From the NCBI GenBank assembly GCA_937899905.1, contig CALCCF010000031.1:3612-67611 (forward strand): a stretch of 64,000 nt of DNA, written 5' to 3'. Each line of letters opens with the position of its first letter. Within the stretch, counting starts at the first letter, position 1. The translations under genes and the position numbers were made by a program. Shown here piece after piece: positions 48,301 through 56,766 of the stretch. The stretch is from an uncultured Phycisphaeraceae bacterium (lineage in GTDB: Bacteria > Planctomycetota > Phycisphaerae > Phycisphaerales > UBA1924). The notes under the pieces are model-generated. The model had not been told where the DNA came from and ran no database searches. It saw nothing but the letters and a program-made list of their open reading frames with translations.

Positions 48301-48720
48301 GAGGCCGTCGTCGTGCGCGCGATTCGCGAGGTCGCCGATCGCATCCAGCACCATCGCTGTCGCGTCGGGATCGAAACCAAGGCCCGATGCCTCCACGACC
48401 TCGAGCGAATGCTCAGCTTCACTCTCGTCCGATCCGCCCCGCTCGACACGATCGACGACACCAGCCGCCCGCGCCATCGCGGGGCTTGGCGACATCGCAC
48501 CTTGCGGGACACGAAGCTTGATGGTGCCGTCCGTCGAAGCCTCTCGCACGGGCTGGCCAAGCGCTATCGCCAAGCGTTCGAGCAGGGCGTCATCGGCCAG
48601 CCATCTCCCGTCGCCGGAACCTACAGCCAACGGCGCGGCTTCGGCCCAGAGCCACAGGCGACCGGCGCACCATGCGGCATGTAGGCACGCGGGCTGCCGG
48701 CGGACCGCCGTGGTCACCAT
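45388..48720 (-). CDS. SNF2/RAD54-family helicase with a long N-terminal SNF2-associated region
   Basis: [47 protein letters not shown] and [23 protein letters not shown] are present. I set the start at ATG 48720, because the track start at 48753 lies only 8 nt from the tRNA-Lys 3' end. The start is uncertain. Confidence 0.85.
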   Translation of the reverse strand: [1110 protein letters not shown]

Positions 48721-48760
48721 GACCGATCCCCGCTCGAACGAGTGAACGACCAAATGGAAG

Positions 48761-48833
48761 TAGGGGCGCAGGGACTCGAACCCTGGACCTGCGGATTAAA
48801 AGTCCGATGCTCTACCAACTGAGCTACACCCCC
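48761..48833 (-). tRNA. tRNA-Lys (anticodon TTT)
   Basis: The reverse complement reads GGGGGTG-TA-GCTCAGTTGGTAGAGC-A-TCGGA-CTTTTAA-TCCGC-AGGTC-CAGGGTTCGAGTCCCTG-CGCCCCT-A. It folds as a cloverleaf with a 7-bp acceptor stem (G1-U72 wobble) and a TTCGAGT T-loop. The anticodon loop is CT-TTT-AA. No CCA is encoded. Confidence 0.9.
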
Positions 48834-48996
48834 GAAAGGCGGGCCTGCGTGCCGATCGCGATGCAGCCGCGACCAAGAGGTCATTGTTGGGACCATCTTC
48901 GCCCGAGGCCACATTCTTCAGGTTTCCCCATCTGGACACGAACGTCGACACGCTTCACGGCGGATGTTCGGATGGCCGGTTTCTACAGTGGCAGCC

Positions 48997-49920
48997 ATGC
49001 GCAAGCGGCTGACCCTCGGGCCCATCCTCATCGCCGTGCTCCTCGCCGGCCTCTGGCTCGATCAAGTGATCGAGGGAATGCCGTGGCCCTTCGACCTCCC
49101 GATGCTCGGGTTCGACGGTTCGGCGCCAGCCGCGGTCATTGTGCTGCCCGTGATGCTGCTCATCGGTGGCCTGGGCGGGCGCGAACTCGCCATCATGCTC
49201 AAGGCCAAGGGGGTGCACGCCTCGAGACTCACCCTCGCTTTCGCCGCCGTCACGGGCCTGCTCGCGTCCACGCCGCTCTTCGCCAACCTCTCGAGCAAGT
49301 CCGACCTCCCAGGCGACGGTTCGGCGGGCCTCGCGTCGGTTGCCGCCGCCATGGTGCTCGTTGGCATCGTGCACCACGCCCGAACGCGAAACAGCCAGGG
49401 CGCGATGCTCAGCATCGGCGCCGTGCTGTTCGCGTTCGTGTACCTCGGGCTCACGTTCGGTTTTCTTTTGCGCATTCGATTCGAGCACAGCGTGTGGGTG
49501 CTCGTCTGGGTGCTCGCGACCGTGAAGTCGTGCGACATCTTCGCCTATTTCACCGGAAAGGCCATTGGCAAGCGCAAGCTCATCCTCTGGCTCAGCCCAG
49601 GCAAGACATGGGAAGGGCTCGTCGGCGGCCTCATCGGTTCGGCTGTTGTCGGTGGTCTCGGGCTCGCGCTGCTTACCCAGTTCTCCAGCTTCAATCCCGG
49701 AGGCACGGCGGGCATGGCCGCGATCGCGGGCGCCGTCGTGGGCGCAGCGATGGGCCTCGTCGGCCAACTGGGCGACCTTATGGCATCAATGATGAAACGC
49801 GACGCCGGCCTGAAGGACTCCTCGAGCCTTCTCCCGGGCTTCGGCGGCGTGCTCGACCTCGTGGATTCGCCCATACTCGTCGCGCCGCTCGCGTATTGGA
49901 CCTTGGCGGTCTGGGCCTGA
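48997..49920 (+). CDS. cdsA: Phosphatidate cytidylyltransferase
   Basis: The protein is multi-TM. KSCDIFAYFTGKAIGKRKL..LSPGKTWEGLVGG and GDLMASMMKRDAGLKDSSSLLPGFGGVLDLVDS are present. I chose the internal ATG at 48997 (MRKRLTLGPILIAVLL). Confidence 0.85.
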   Translation: MRKRLTLGPILIAVLLAGLWLDQVIEGMPWPFDLPMLGFDGSAPAAVIVLPVMLLIGGLGGRELAIMLKAKGVHASRLTLAFAAVTGLLASTPLFANLSSKSDLPGDGSAGLASVAAAMVLVGIVHHARTRNSQGAMLSIGAVLFAFVYLGLTFGFLLRIRFEHSVWVLVWVLATVKSCDIFAYFTGKAIGKRKLILWLSPGKTWEGLVGGLIGSAVVGGLGLALLTQFSSFNPGGTAGMAAIAGAVVGAAMGLVGQLGDLMASMMKRDAGLKDSSSLLPGFGGVLDLVDSPILVAPLAYWTLAVWA

Positions 49921-50035
49921 CGGGTCCTCGGCTCGAACACGCGATCCTTGCGAAGTGATTGCCAGAAACTCCCGTCGCGTCGCCGCGCGGCACGCTACAC
50001 TGCTTCTTAGAGATGCAACAGGGAGTTCAGCCTTC

Positions 50036-50800
50036 ATGACGATGACCGAAACCGATCGGTTGCTCAAGGTTTTCCAGGTCGACAACAGCATCGACGGGCT
50101 GCAAGGAAGGCTCCGCGCCGCCGAGCGATTCCTGGCCGAGCAGGAACGACAGCTCGGCGAACTGGACAAGCAGAAGTCCGCGAACGAAACCGAGCTGAAG
50201 CAGGCGAAGGCCGCCGCGGCCAACGCCGAAGGCGAGGCCAAGCGGCTCGAAGGCCACATCACCGAACTCCGTGAGAAGATGAACTCGGCCGCCTCCAACA
50301 AGGAGTACCAGGCCTACCTCACCGAGATCGCCACCTTCAAGGAACAACAAGAGCAGCAAGAGGCCGTCGCTCTTGATCTCCTGGGCCGCATCGAGACCCT
50401 GAGCAGCTCAAACCAAGAAATCGTCCAGGCCCACGAAGAGCGCGAGGGCATGCGTCGAGTCGCGCAGCAACAACGCGACGAGCGCAAGACCGAGATCGCC
50501 GACCGCCTCGAAGAGCTCAAGCAGGAGCGCGAGACCATCGTCGCCGAGGTGCCCGAGCACACGCTGGCGCATTACGTCCGCGTCCGCGGCCAACTCGGCG
50601 ACGAGGCGATGGCACCTGTCGAGGTCGTCGACGTGAAACGCCACGAGTTCGTCTGCGGCATCAGCATGCTCGCCGTCCCGGTCGAGACCGTCAGCGCCCT
50701 GCTGAGCCATGGACGCGTCACCGTCGACCCGCAGTCGGGTGCCATCCTCTACCTCAGCGACGAGGCGCGCAAGGCCATGGAGCCGGTCAGCAAGCGGTAG
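50036..50800 (+). CDS. Coiled-coil protein of the COG1579 (zinc-ribbon / DUF164-like) type
   Basis: The ATG at 50036 follows AGGGAG. A long heptad-rich region is present (LQGRLRAAERFLAEQERQLGELDKQKSANETELKQAK...SNKEYQAYLTEI). The C-terminal segment resembles the ribbon region but has lost most Cys residues. Confidence 0.55.
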   Translation: MTMTETDRLLKVFQVDNSIDGLQGRLRAAERFLAEQERQLGELDKQKSANETELKQAKAAAANAEGEAKRLEGHITELREKMNSAASNKEYQAYLTEIATFKEQQEQQEAVALDLLGRIETLSSSNQEIVQAHEEREGMRRVAQQQRDERKTEIADRLEELKQERETIVAEVPEHTLAHYVRVRGQLGDEAMAPVEVVDVKRHEFVCGISMLAVPVETVSALLSHGRVTVDPQSGAILYLSDEARKAMEPVSKR

Positions 50801-50836
50801 ACCCCTTCTGCAGACACCGGCATTAGCGACGCATTG

Positions 50837-50862
50837 AAAAACCCCGGCTTCCGGCCGGGGTT
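50837..50862. terminator. Hairpin terminator downstream of rpmA (T run on the minus strand), shared with the convergent plus-strand gene
   Basis: aaaAACCCCGGC-ttccg-GCCGGGGTT forms a 9-bp stem. The A5 on the plus strand is a U run for the minus-strand transcript. Confidence 0.65.
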
Positions 50863-50891
50863 CGCTGTAATCTGTGTTGTGCTTTGAGCCG

Positions 50892-51191
50892 CTAGCTCGC
50901 TGCCTTCGCAGCACGATACTGCTGCAGCCAGCGGGGCCGCGGAGCGTCGTCCTCGACCGGGTCGATATGCACACGCCGGCCCTGGAAGACCACCTTGCCG
51001 GTGCTCACGCTGAAGAGCGTGTCGTCCTTGCCGCGACGCACGCCGAAGCCCGGCTGGAACTTCGTGCCGCACTGACGCACCAGGATGTTGCCCGGCTGGG
51101 CGAACTCGCCGCCGTACAGCTTGATGCCCCGGTACTGGGGGTTGGAATCGCGGCCGTTCTTCGACGAGCCCTGACCCTTTTTATGCGCCAT
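50892..51191 (-). CDS. rpmA: 50S ribosomal protein L27 (with a short C-terminal extension)
   Basis: [60 protein letters not shown] is present. Confidence 0.95.
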   Translation of the reverse strand: MAHKKGQGSSKNGRDSNPQYRGIKLYGGEFAQPGNILVRQCGTKFQPGFGVRRGKDDTLFSVSTGKVVFQGRRVHIDPVEDDAPRPRWLQQYRAAKAAS

Positions 51192-51252
51192 CGCGAGAAC
51201 TCCTAGGCAAGACTACCGCCCATTTTTGGCGGGCTGAGATGATAGCGGCACC

Positions 51253-51903
51253 CTAACGCATGATCCAGCGGGTCTCGGACCGCTCCAGGGACCGGCCGTC
51301 CAAGCCGTCGATGTTCCCCGGGGCGGCATGGGTCGCCATCATCGTCTTGCGGAGCACCACGTCCCGGGGGGTGCCCGTCTCGCGATCGATGACCTCCAGG
51401 CGCGTGGTTTCACCGCTGAAGCCGGCCATGTACACGCGAGCCTCGTCGGCGGTGAGGTCTCGCACCGGCCAGACGACCAATCCGTCGCGGGCGTTCGCCT
51501 CGCCTCGCCGCAGCACGCCGATCATGCTCACTTGGTCGTTGAGCAGCGGGTTGTCCAGGCGCTCGAGGATGCTCCTCGTCACCGTTGCGGGCACGCCCTG
51601 GCCGGCCACGACATTGACGCCGGTCTCGGTCGCCAGCTCGAAGCTGGGGGCGAAGAGGATGTCCTCCTCGGTGTTATTCGTGACCGTGTAGGTCATGAAG
51701 TAGTACAGCATCGGGCCCTGGTCGGGGTTCTCGACCGAGATCACACGCAGCGGGCCGACGTCCAGATCCAACTGCCAGCGGATCGGGATCGGGTTCGGCT
51801 CGGGCGGCCGGGCCGCACTCGCGGCGAGAGTGCCAAAGATGCCAAGCCCGACGACGCCCAGGAGGACGGCGAGGAATCGGTGGGGGAGCGAAAGAGGGGC
51901 CAT
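51253..51903 (-). CDS. Secreted hypothetical protein (216 aa)
   Basis: I chose the internal ATG at 51903, because the track ORF extends 199 aa upstream through Arg/Pro/Gly-rich shadow sequence. The signal is MAPLSLPHRFLAVLLGVVGLGIFGTLAASAA. The body looks like a beta-sandwich (YYFMTYTVTNNTEEDILF). Confidence 0.55.
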   Translation of the reverse strand: MAPLSLPHRFLAVLLGVVGLGIFGTLAASAARPPEPNPIPIRWQLDLDVGPLRVISVENPDQGPMLYYFMTYTVTNNTEEDILFAPSFELATETGVNVVAGQGVPATVTRSILERLDNPLLNDQVSMIGVLRRGEANARDGLVVWPVRDLTADEARVYMAGFSGETTRLEVIDRETGTPRDVVLRKTMMATHAAPGNIDGLDGRSLERSETRWIMR

Positions 51904-52097
51904 GGAGGTCTCCCGGGGCCAATCGTGCGGGACGCGTTCGTGGTGGTGCTGGGCAGAAGCCGGTCCGATGTCCGACCCTACGCCCAGACAGTCTATATTC
52001 GTTTCCCCGCCGGCGACGGCCCGATGGGGTTGGATTTCGCCCGAGCCGAGCCCAGACCGGGTCCTCGGGCAGCAAAGGCGACCAGTCGGATACGAGC

Positions 52098-53108
52098 ATG
52101 GACGCGACCGGTTTCCATCCCAGACCCCTGCCACCGGGCGCCAGGCTCGCCGCCGCCGAGCGTCTCGTCGAGGCCTCGGGCCAGGCCGCCCGCGACACCG
52201 CCCGCAGGATCGTCGATTCCGGGTCGTCGGGCGGCATCGGCTTCGAGCACGCCTACGCCACCATCGAGCCGGGCACCAATCGGGTCCGCGAGGTCGCGCT
52301 GGCCGTGCCATCGCCCGGCCGCAGCGCCCTGGTGTTCCTGAGCCGGCCGCAATCCGGCCGCGAGCGGCCCGACGAGCGTGCCGAGTGCGTCCGGGCGGTC
52401 TGCCAATACCTCGCGCAGCTCCCCGGCCAACCGATCGACATCGCCCAGTCGTTGCCTGCGGCCGCCGAGCGTTGGGCCATCGACGCCCTGCTCGCGGCAA
52501 ACTGGCAGACCGTGGGCTCCTTGGCCTACATGCGGCGGCCCCTCCGCGCCGAGGAGGCCGCGAGATCAGGGCTGGCGTGGGCCAAGCCGGGGTCGGGCGA
52601 ACCCCTGCCCGATGGCCTCGAGATCGAGCCCATCCGGGTTCCGGGTGCCGAGGAGCCCGCGCCGCCCGAACTCATCGAGGCCCTCGAAGCGTCGTACATC
52701 GACACGCTGGACTGCCCGGACCTCTGCGGCATGCGGGAAACCGCGGACATCATCGCCTCTCACGCCGCCATCGGCCGCCAAGAGCTCGCCCTCTGGTCGC
52801 TTTTGCGTCATGAGGGCCGGCCCGCTGGCGCGTTGCTCTTGTCGTGCCTGCCCGAGCAGCGATGCTACGAACTCGTGTACCTCGGCCTTGGGCCATCGCT
52901 TCGGGGCAACGGCTACGGCGAATTACTCATGCGTCGCGCGATCGAGACGCTCGCCACCCGCGTCCGGCAGAGCAAGGCGCGCTCGGGGTGGTCCATCACG
53001 TGCGCTGTCGACAAGGCTAACCGACCGGCTGTCCGCTTGTACGAACGGCTCGGTTTCGCGCCATTCGATTCTCGTGTTGCGTGCGTGTGGAGCGTGCGCC
53101 CAGATTAA
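52098..53108 (+). CDS. GNAT family N-acetyltransferase (C-terminal GNAT domain)
   Basis: The C-terminal region reads CYELVYLGLGPSLRGNGYGELLMRRAIETL...VDKANRPAVRLYERLGFAPF. Confidence 0.75.
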   Translation: MDATGFHPRPLPPGARLAAAERLVEASGQAARDTARRIVDSGSSGGIGFEHAYATIEPGTNRVREVALAVPSPGRSALVFLSRPQSGRERPDERAECVRAVCQYLAQLPGQPIDIAQSLPAAAERWAIDALLAANWQTVGSLAYMRRPLRAEEAARSGLAWAKPGSGEPLPDGLEIEPIRVPGAEEPAPPELIEALEASYIDTLDCPDLCGMRETADIIASHAAIGRQELALWSLLRHEGRPAGALLLSCLPEQRCYELVYLGLGPSLRGNGYGELLMRRAIETLATRVRQSKARSGWSITCAVDKANRPAVRLYERLGFAPFDSRVACVWSVRPD

Positions 53109-53614
53109 ACCCACAAATGTCACATGTTGTAGATCGTTGCGTTGAAGCGTGTTGCGCGCTGCAAACCCGCTCACGTCCACGACTTTTCCACACGACATGT
53201 TGATGCCTTGAGACGCGTCGGTGTATAAAGAAATCTTGAAGACGTAACCCGCGCAACACTCCGCATTTGCTTACGAACCCCCTCGTAATCCCGAGAAATC
53301 CTGTAGCGACAGGTTGATTGCATGGGTACCTTTTTGTGGCGTCGATGGACTGGCGCCGCGTCAGGGATCGAGCGGCCAACGCAGCCAGACTCTTGGGTCC
53401 GGGGGTACAGCCAGCGTCGAGTTGTGTGACGGCTTGGTGGGTATTCCTGGACAATACACGAGCGTCGAGGCTGGTTGCGAAGCAGCGCGAGGATCGCGCG
53501 GCCCAACGTGACCTGACGCGAGCTGAACGGACTCATGGTGTGTGCAACGGGTTCACCCAATAGGGTGCTTCCCAGGGTGTTCGTTTGGCTTCAGGACGGC
53601 CAGAAGGGCGCAAC
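53109..53614. other. Candidate oriC / dnaA regulatory region
   Basis: This is a 506-bp non-coding gap directly upstream of dnaA, with visibly lower GC than its neighbours. It contains one consensus-fitting DnaA box and an A/T-richer stretch (GTGTATAAAGAAATCTTGAAGACGTAA at about 53220-53246). Confidence 0.4.
53184..53192 (+). promoter_or_regulatory. DnaA-box-like 9-mer TTTTCCACA (fits TTWTNCACA)
   Basis: The match was read directly from the sequence. It is the only clean match I found in the gap. Weaker relatives are AAACCCACA at 53107-53115 and TGTGCAACG at 53540-53548. Confidence 0.4.
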
Positions 53615-55381
53615 ATGGCAGCGACCGGCAGAGTTGTTCTCGCTCGTGAGTCTTCCCAGTCTCGGAAGGGTCCCCCGAAAGTTCGAAGCCACGCCGCCTC
53701 GATGCGGAAGGCCCAAGCGGCCGCCACAATCGAGGAAACGGCAGATGCGGTCTCGGCCGTTGGCGTGATGCCCGCCGAAGGCCCTGAGTCGATCGCTCCG
53801 ACCCAGGAGGCTCCCTCAACCTGGGTGCCCGGACGCCAGCCCGGCCGAGATGCCGACGGCGAGCGCCCGCGCACTCGCTATCGCCACCCAGGTCGCACGG
53901 CTGAGAACGACGCGGCTCCAGTGCCAACGGGCGCTGCCGAGCATGACGCACAGAGCCCGGCCGACCTGCTCAACGCGCTCGCGGCCAAGATCGGGCCCCT
54001 CGCGTTCGAGCGCTACTTCCAGGGCCAGGCTAAGCTCGAGCGCATTGGCAATGGCCTGCGCGTTGTCGTGGCTTCGCGGTTCCTCGTGTCGATCCTCGAG
54101 AGCCGCTTCCGTCCGGTCCTGCTCGATCTCGCCGGCGGCGGCGAGGTCGAGTTCATCGACAAGCCCACGGCGTTCCCCAAAGCCAAGGCCAAGCCCATCA
54201 AGGCGACCAAGGCCGAGCGCCCAGTCCCGCAGGAGCAGGCCCCAAGGCCGCATCACGCCCTGCAGGACCGCACGGTCCGCCTCGACGACTTCGTCGTTGG
54301 TGAGAGCAACCGGCTGGCCCACATGGCCGCGACGACGCTGAGCGATCCCAACTCGCCACCCACCTCGGGCAATCTGCTCGTGCTCCACGGCGGTTGCGGC
54401 CTGGGCAAGACCCACCTGCTCCGCGGCATGGCGCACAACCACAACCGCTTACGCGGCTCGGCCGGCAAGGCCAAGTACGTCACTGCCGAGCAATTTACCA
54501 ACGGCTTCCTCGCCGCCCTGCGCACCGGCAGCACCGATCGCTTCCGCGAGCAGTACCGCGGCGTCGAGCTGCTGTGCCTCGACGACGTCCACTTCCTGGC
54601 CACCAAGGAGGCCACCAAGGCCGAACTGCTGCACACGCTCGATCAGATCCTCCAAGGCGGCTGCCGCCTGGCGCTCGCCAGCGACGAGCACCCCAAGCAG
54701 GTCGAGGGACTGGGCAAGCAACTGGTCAGCCGCCTGCTCTCAGGTCTCACCATCGAACTCGGGCTGCCCGAACGTGACCTCCGCGAGGCCATGGTCCGCA
54801 AGCTGGCCGCCCGCCGGGGCCTGATGATGGACGATGCCGTCGTGACCTCGATCGCCCAGGCTGGCGCCGAGATCAGCGAGGACGGCGAGCCCAGCGGCTC
54901 CTTCCGCGACATCGAGGGCGCCATGGCCCGCGTCGACGCGTTCCACAACCTGCTCGGCCGCGTCGGCGATCGTCCGGCGGGCCACGAGGTCACCATGGCA
55001 ACCGTGCAGCAGGCGCTCGGCCGTCGTGCGGCGATGGCCAAGCCGGCCGGCCCGGTTCGCGTCTCCGCAGTGATCGAAGGCGTCTGCCGATACCTCGGTG
55101 TCGGTCAGGCTGAGTTCACCGGCCGCGGCCGCCACCGCCGCGTCGTGCTCGCCCGGGCGCTCGTCGCCCTCATCTCGCGGCAGCTCACCACCGCGAGCTA
55201 TCCCGAGATCGCCACGGCCATGGGCCGCCCCAACCACTCGTCGATCATCACCGCCGTGCGGCGTATCGAGCGGCAGATCGCCGAGGAAGAGAAGGTCGCG
55301 GTGGGCTGCGACGCCGATGGCATGACGGTCGCCGAACTCGCGTCGAGCCTCTCTCGTCGGTTGCGTCAGGCCGGGCGATAG
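53615..55381 (+). CDS. dnaA: Chromosomal replication initiator protein DnaA (long N-terminal linker)
   Basis: FDDFVVGESNRLAHMAA, the Walker A LVLHGGCGLGKTHLL, LLCLDDVHFLATKEATKAELLHTLD and the C-terminal DNA-binding domain ...LARALVALISRQLTTASYPEIATAMGRPNHSSIITAVRRIE are present. I chose the ATG at 53615; the track starts at 53585. Confidence 0.95.
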   Translation: MAATGRVVLARESSQSRKGPPKVRSHAASMRKAQAAATIEETADAVSAVGVMPAEGPESIAPTQEAPSTWVPGRQPGRDADGERPRTRYRHPGRTAENDAAPVPTGAAEHDAQSPADLLNALAAKIGPLAFERYFQGQAKLERIGNGLRVVVASRFLVSILESRFRPVLLDLAGGGEVEFIDKPTAFPKAKAKPIKATKAERPVPQEQAPRPHHALQDRTVRLDDFVVGESNRLAHMAATTLSDPNSPPTSGNLLVLHGGCGLGKTHLLRGMAHNHNRLRGSAGKAKYVTAEQFTNGFLAALRTGSTDRFREQYRGVELLCLDDVHFLATKEATKAELLHTLDQILQGGCRLALASDEHPKQVEGLGKQLVSRLLSGLTIELGLPERDLREAMVRKLAARRGLMMDDAVVTSIAQAGAEISEDGEPSGSFRDIEGAMARVDAFHNLLGRVGDRPAGHEVTMATVQQALGRRAAMAKPAGPVRVSAVIEGVCRYLGVGQAEFTGRGRHRRVVLARALVALISRQLTTASYPEIATAMGRPNHSSIITAVRRIERQIAEEEKVAVGCDADGMTVAELASSLSRRLRQAGR

Positions 55382-55459
55382 ACTCGCCTCCGAAGGACCG
55401 TTCCCAGCGATTCTCCGTGACGGAGCCAATCGCCGGGGAGCCATCGCAGGGGAGCGACA

Positions 55460-56671
55460 GTGCCACGCAGCGACCACCGAAGCCGGCCCGGCCAGGGTTC
55501 TGACCCGAACCAGGAGATCAGCCTGAGCGGTCCGGACATCACCGACCAGGAGATCGACGCGGTCGTCGAGGTCATGCGGTCCGGTCGCCTCAGCATGGGG
55601 CCAACCCAAGAAGTATTCGAGGGCCTGGTGGCCGAGGCCGCCGGCTGCGACCACGGCGTCGCGGTCAACAGCGGCACCAGCGGCCTGCACCTCGCGCTGC
55701 TCGCGCTGGGCATCGGGCCGGGCGACGAGGTCATCACCACGCCCTTCAGCTTCGTCGCAAGCGCGAACGCGATCCTTTATGTCGGGGCGACGCCCAAGTT
55801 CGTCGACATCTGCCCACGCAGCCTCAACATGGACCCCGACCGGGTCGAGGCGGCCATCGGCCCGCGCACTAAGGCCATCCTCGCGGTTGAGGCGCTCGGC
55901 AACCCCACGCACATGGATCGCTACGCCGCCATCGCCGCCAAGCACGAGATCCACCTCATCGAGGACTGCTGCGAGGCGCTGGGCACCGAGTACAAGGGCC
56001 GCAAGTGCGGCAGCTTCGGCCGCGTTGGCGTCTTCGGCTTCTACCCTAACAAGCAGATCACCACGGGCGAAGGCGGCATGATCGTCACCGACGACGCCCG
56101 CCTGGCCGACCTCTGCCGCAGCCTGCGCAACCAGGGCCGGCCCATGCCCAGCGAGCTCAGCGACTCGGCCTCACTGGGCATGTGGCTCTCGCACGAACGC
56201 CTCGGGTACAACTACCGCCTCAGCGACATCGCGTGCGCGATCGGCGTTGCCCAGATGCGCCGATTCGAAGACATCATGGAGGCCCGCCGCAGCGTCGCCG
56301 TCGAGTATCTCGATCGCCTCATGGGCATGCCCGGCATCATCCTGCCCACCATCGAGAGCGGCACGAGCATGAGCTGGTTCGTCTTCACCGTCCGCCTCGA
56401 ACGCGGCTACACCGCCGAAGAGCGCGACCGGGTCATCCAGGGCCTTCGAAACCACGACATCGGGGCGGCCGCCTACTTCCCGTGCATCCACCTGATGCCC
56501 GAGTACATCCGCCGCTTCGGGTACGAGCCAGGCACCTTCCCCATCGCCGAGAGCGTGTCGGACCGCACCATCGCGCTGCCATTCCACAACCGGATCACGC
56601 CGCGAGACATCGATCTGGTCGCCCAGACCCTGAGCCTGATGCTCACGCGGGAGAATCTCGCGCGGGGCTAG
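55460..56671 (+). CDS. DegT/DnrJ/EryC1/StrS family aminotransferase (sugar aminotransferase)
   Basis: ITDQEIDAVVEVMRSGRLSMGP, NSGTSGLHLALLALGIGPGDEVITTPFSFVASAN, FGFYPNKQITTGEGGMIVT and YNYRLSDIACAIG are present. Confidence 0.85.
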   Translation: MPRSDHRSRPGQGSDPNQEISLSGPDITDQEIDAVVEVMRSGRLSMGPTQEVFEGLVAEAAGCDHGVAVNSGTSGLHLALLALGIGPGDEVITTPFSFVASANAILYVGATPKFVDICPRSLNMDPDRVEAAIGPRTKAILAVEALGNPTHMDRYAAIAAKHEIHLIEDCCEALGTEYKGRKCGSFGRVGVFGFYPNKQITTGEGGMIVTDDARLADLCRSLRNQGRPMPSELSDSASLGMWLSHERLGYNYRLSDIACAIGVAQMRRFEDIMEARRSVAVEYLDRLMGMPGIILPTIESGTSMSWFVFTVRLERGYTAEERDRVIQGLRNHDIGAAAYFPCIHLMPEYIRRFGYEPGTFPIAESVSDRTIALPFHNRITPRDIDLVAQTLSLMLTRENLARG

Positions 56672-56766
56672 AGACTGGCCCGGGGGTGCCAATCCGGCCT
56701 ATCATCTCGACCCGCTCGGGCCGGCAGCCCGTGCGAGCCACGTGGATCGAGACCGAGGACCGCACG

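Noticed and set aside
45514-48684. Several long plus-strand ORFs (442, 632 and 479 aa).
   Set aside because: All are antisense to the SNF2 helicase gene and have low-complexity Ser/Arg/Ala-rich translations.
39317-48833. The possibility that tRNA-Lys marks the attachment site of a genomic island covering SNF2/SWIM, the tandem paralogues and the helicase-wHTH pair.
   Set aside because: No integrase or recombinase gene is present. I found no direct repeat of the tRNA 3' end (TAGGGGCGCAGGGACTCGAACC on the plus strand) in the non-coding gaps at 42343-42524, 44063-44194 or near 39300. The SNF2/SWIM genes look compositionally native. A computational repeat search would still be worthwhile.
51904-52500. 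The N-terminal 199 codons of the 415-aa track ORF (51253-52500).
   Set aside because: The extension is Arg/Pro/Gly/Ala-rich and overlaps the divergent GNAT gene. The internal ATG at 51903 gives a clean signal peptide and has a purine-rich stretch upstream.
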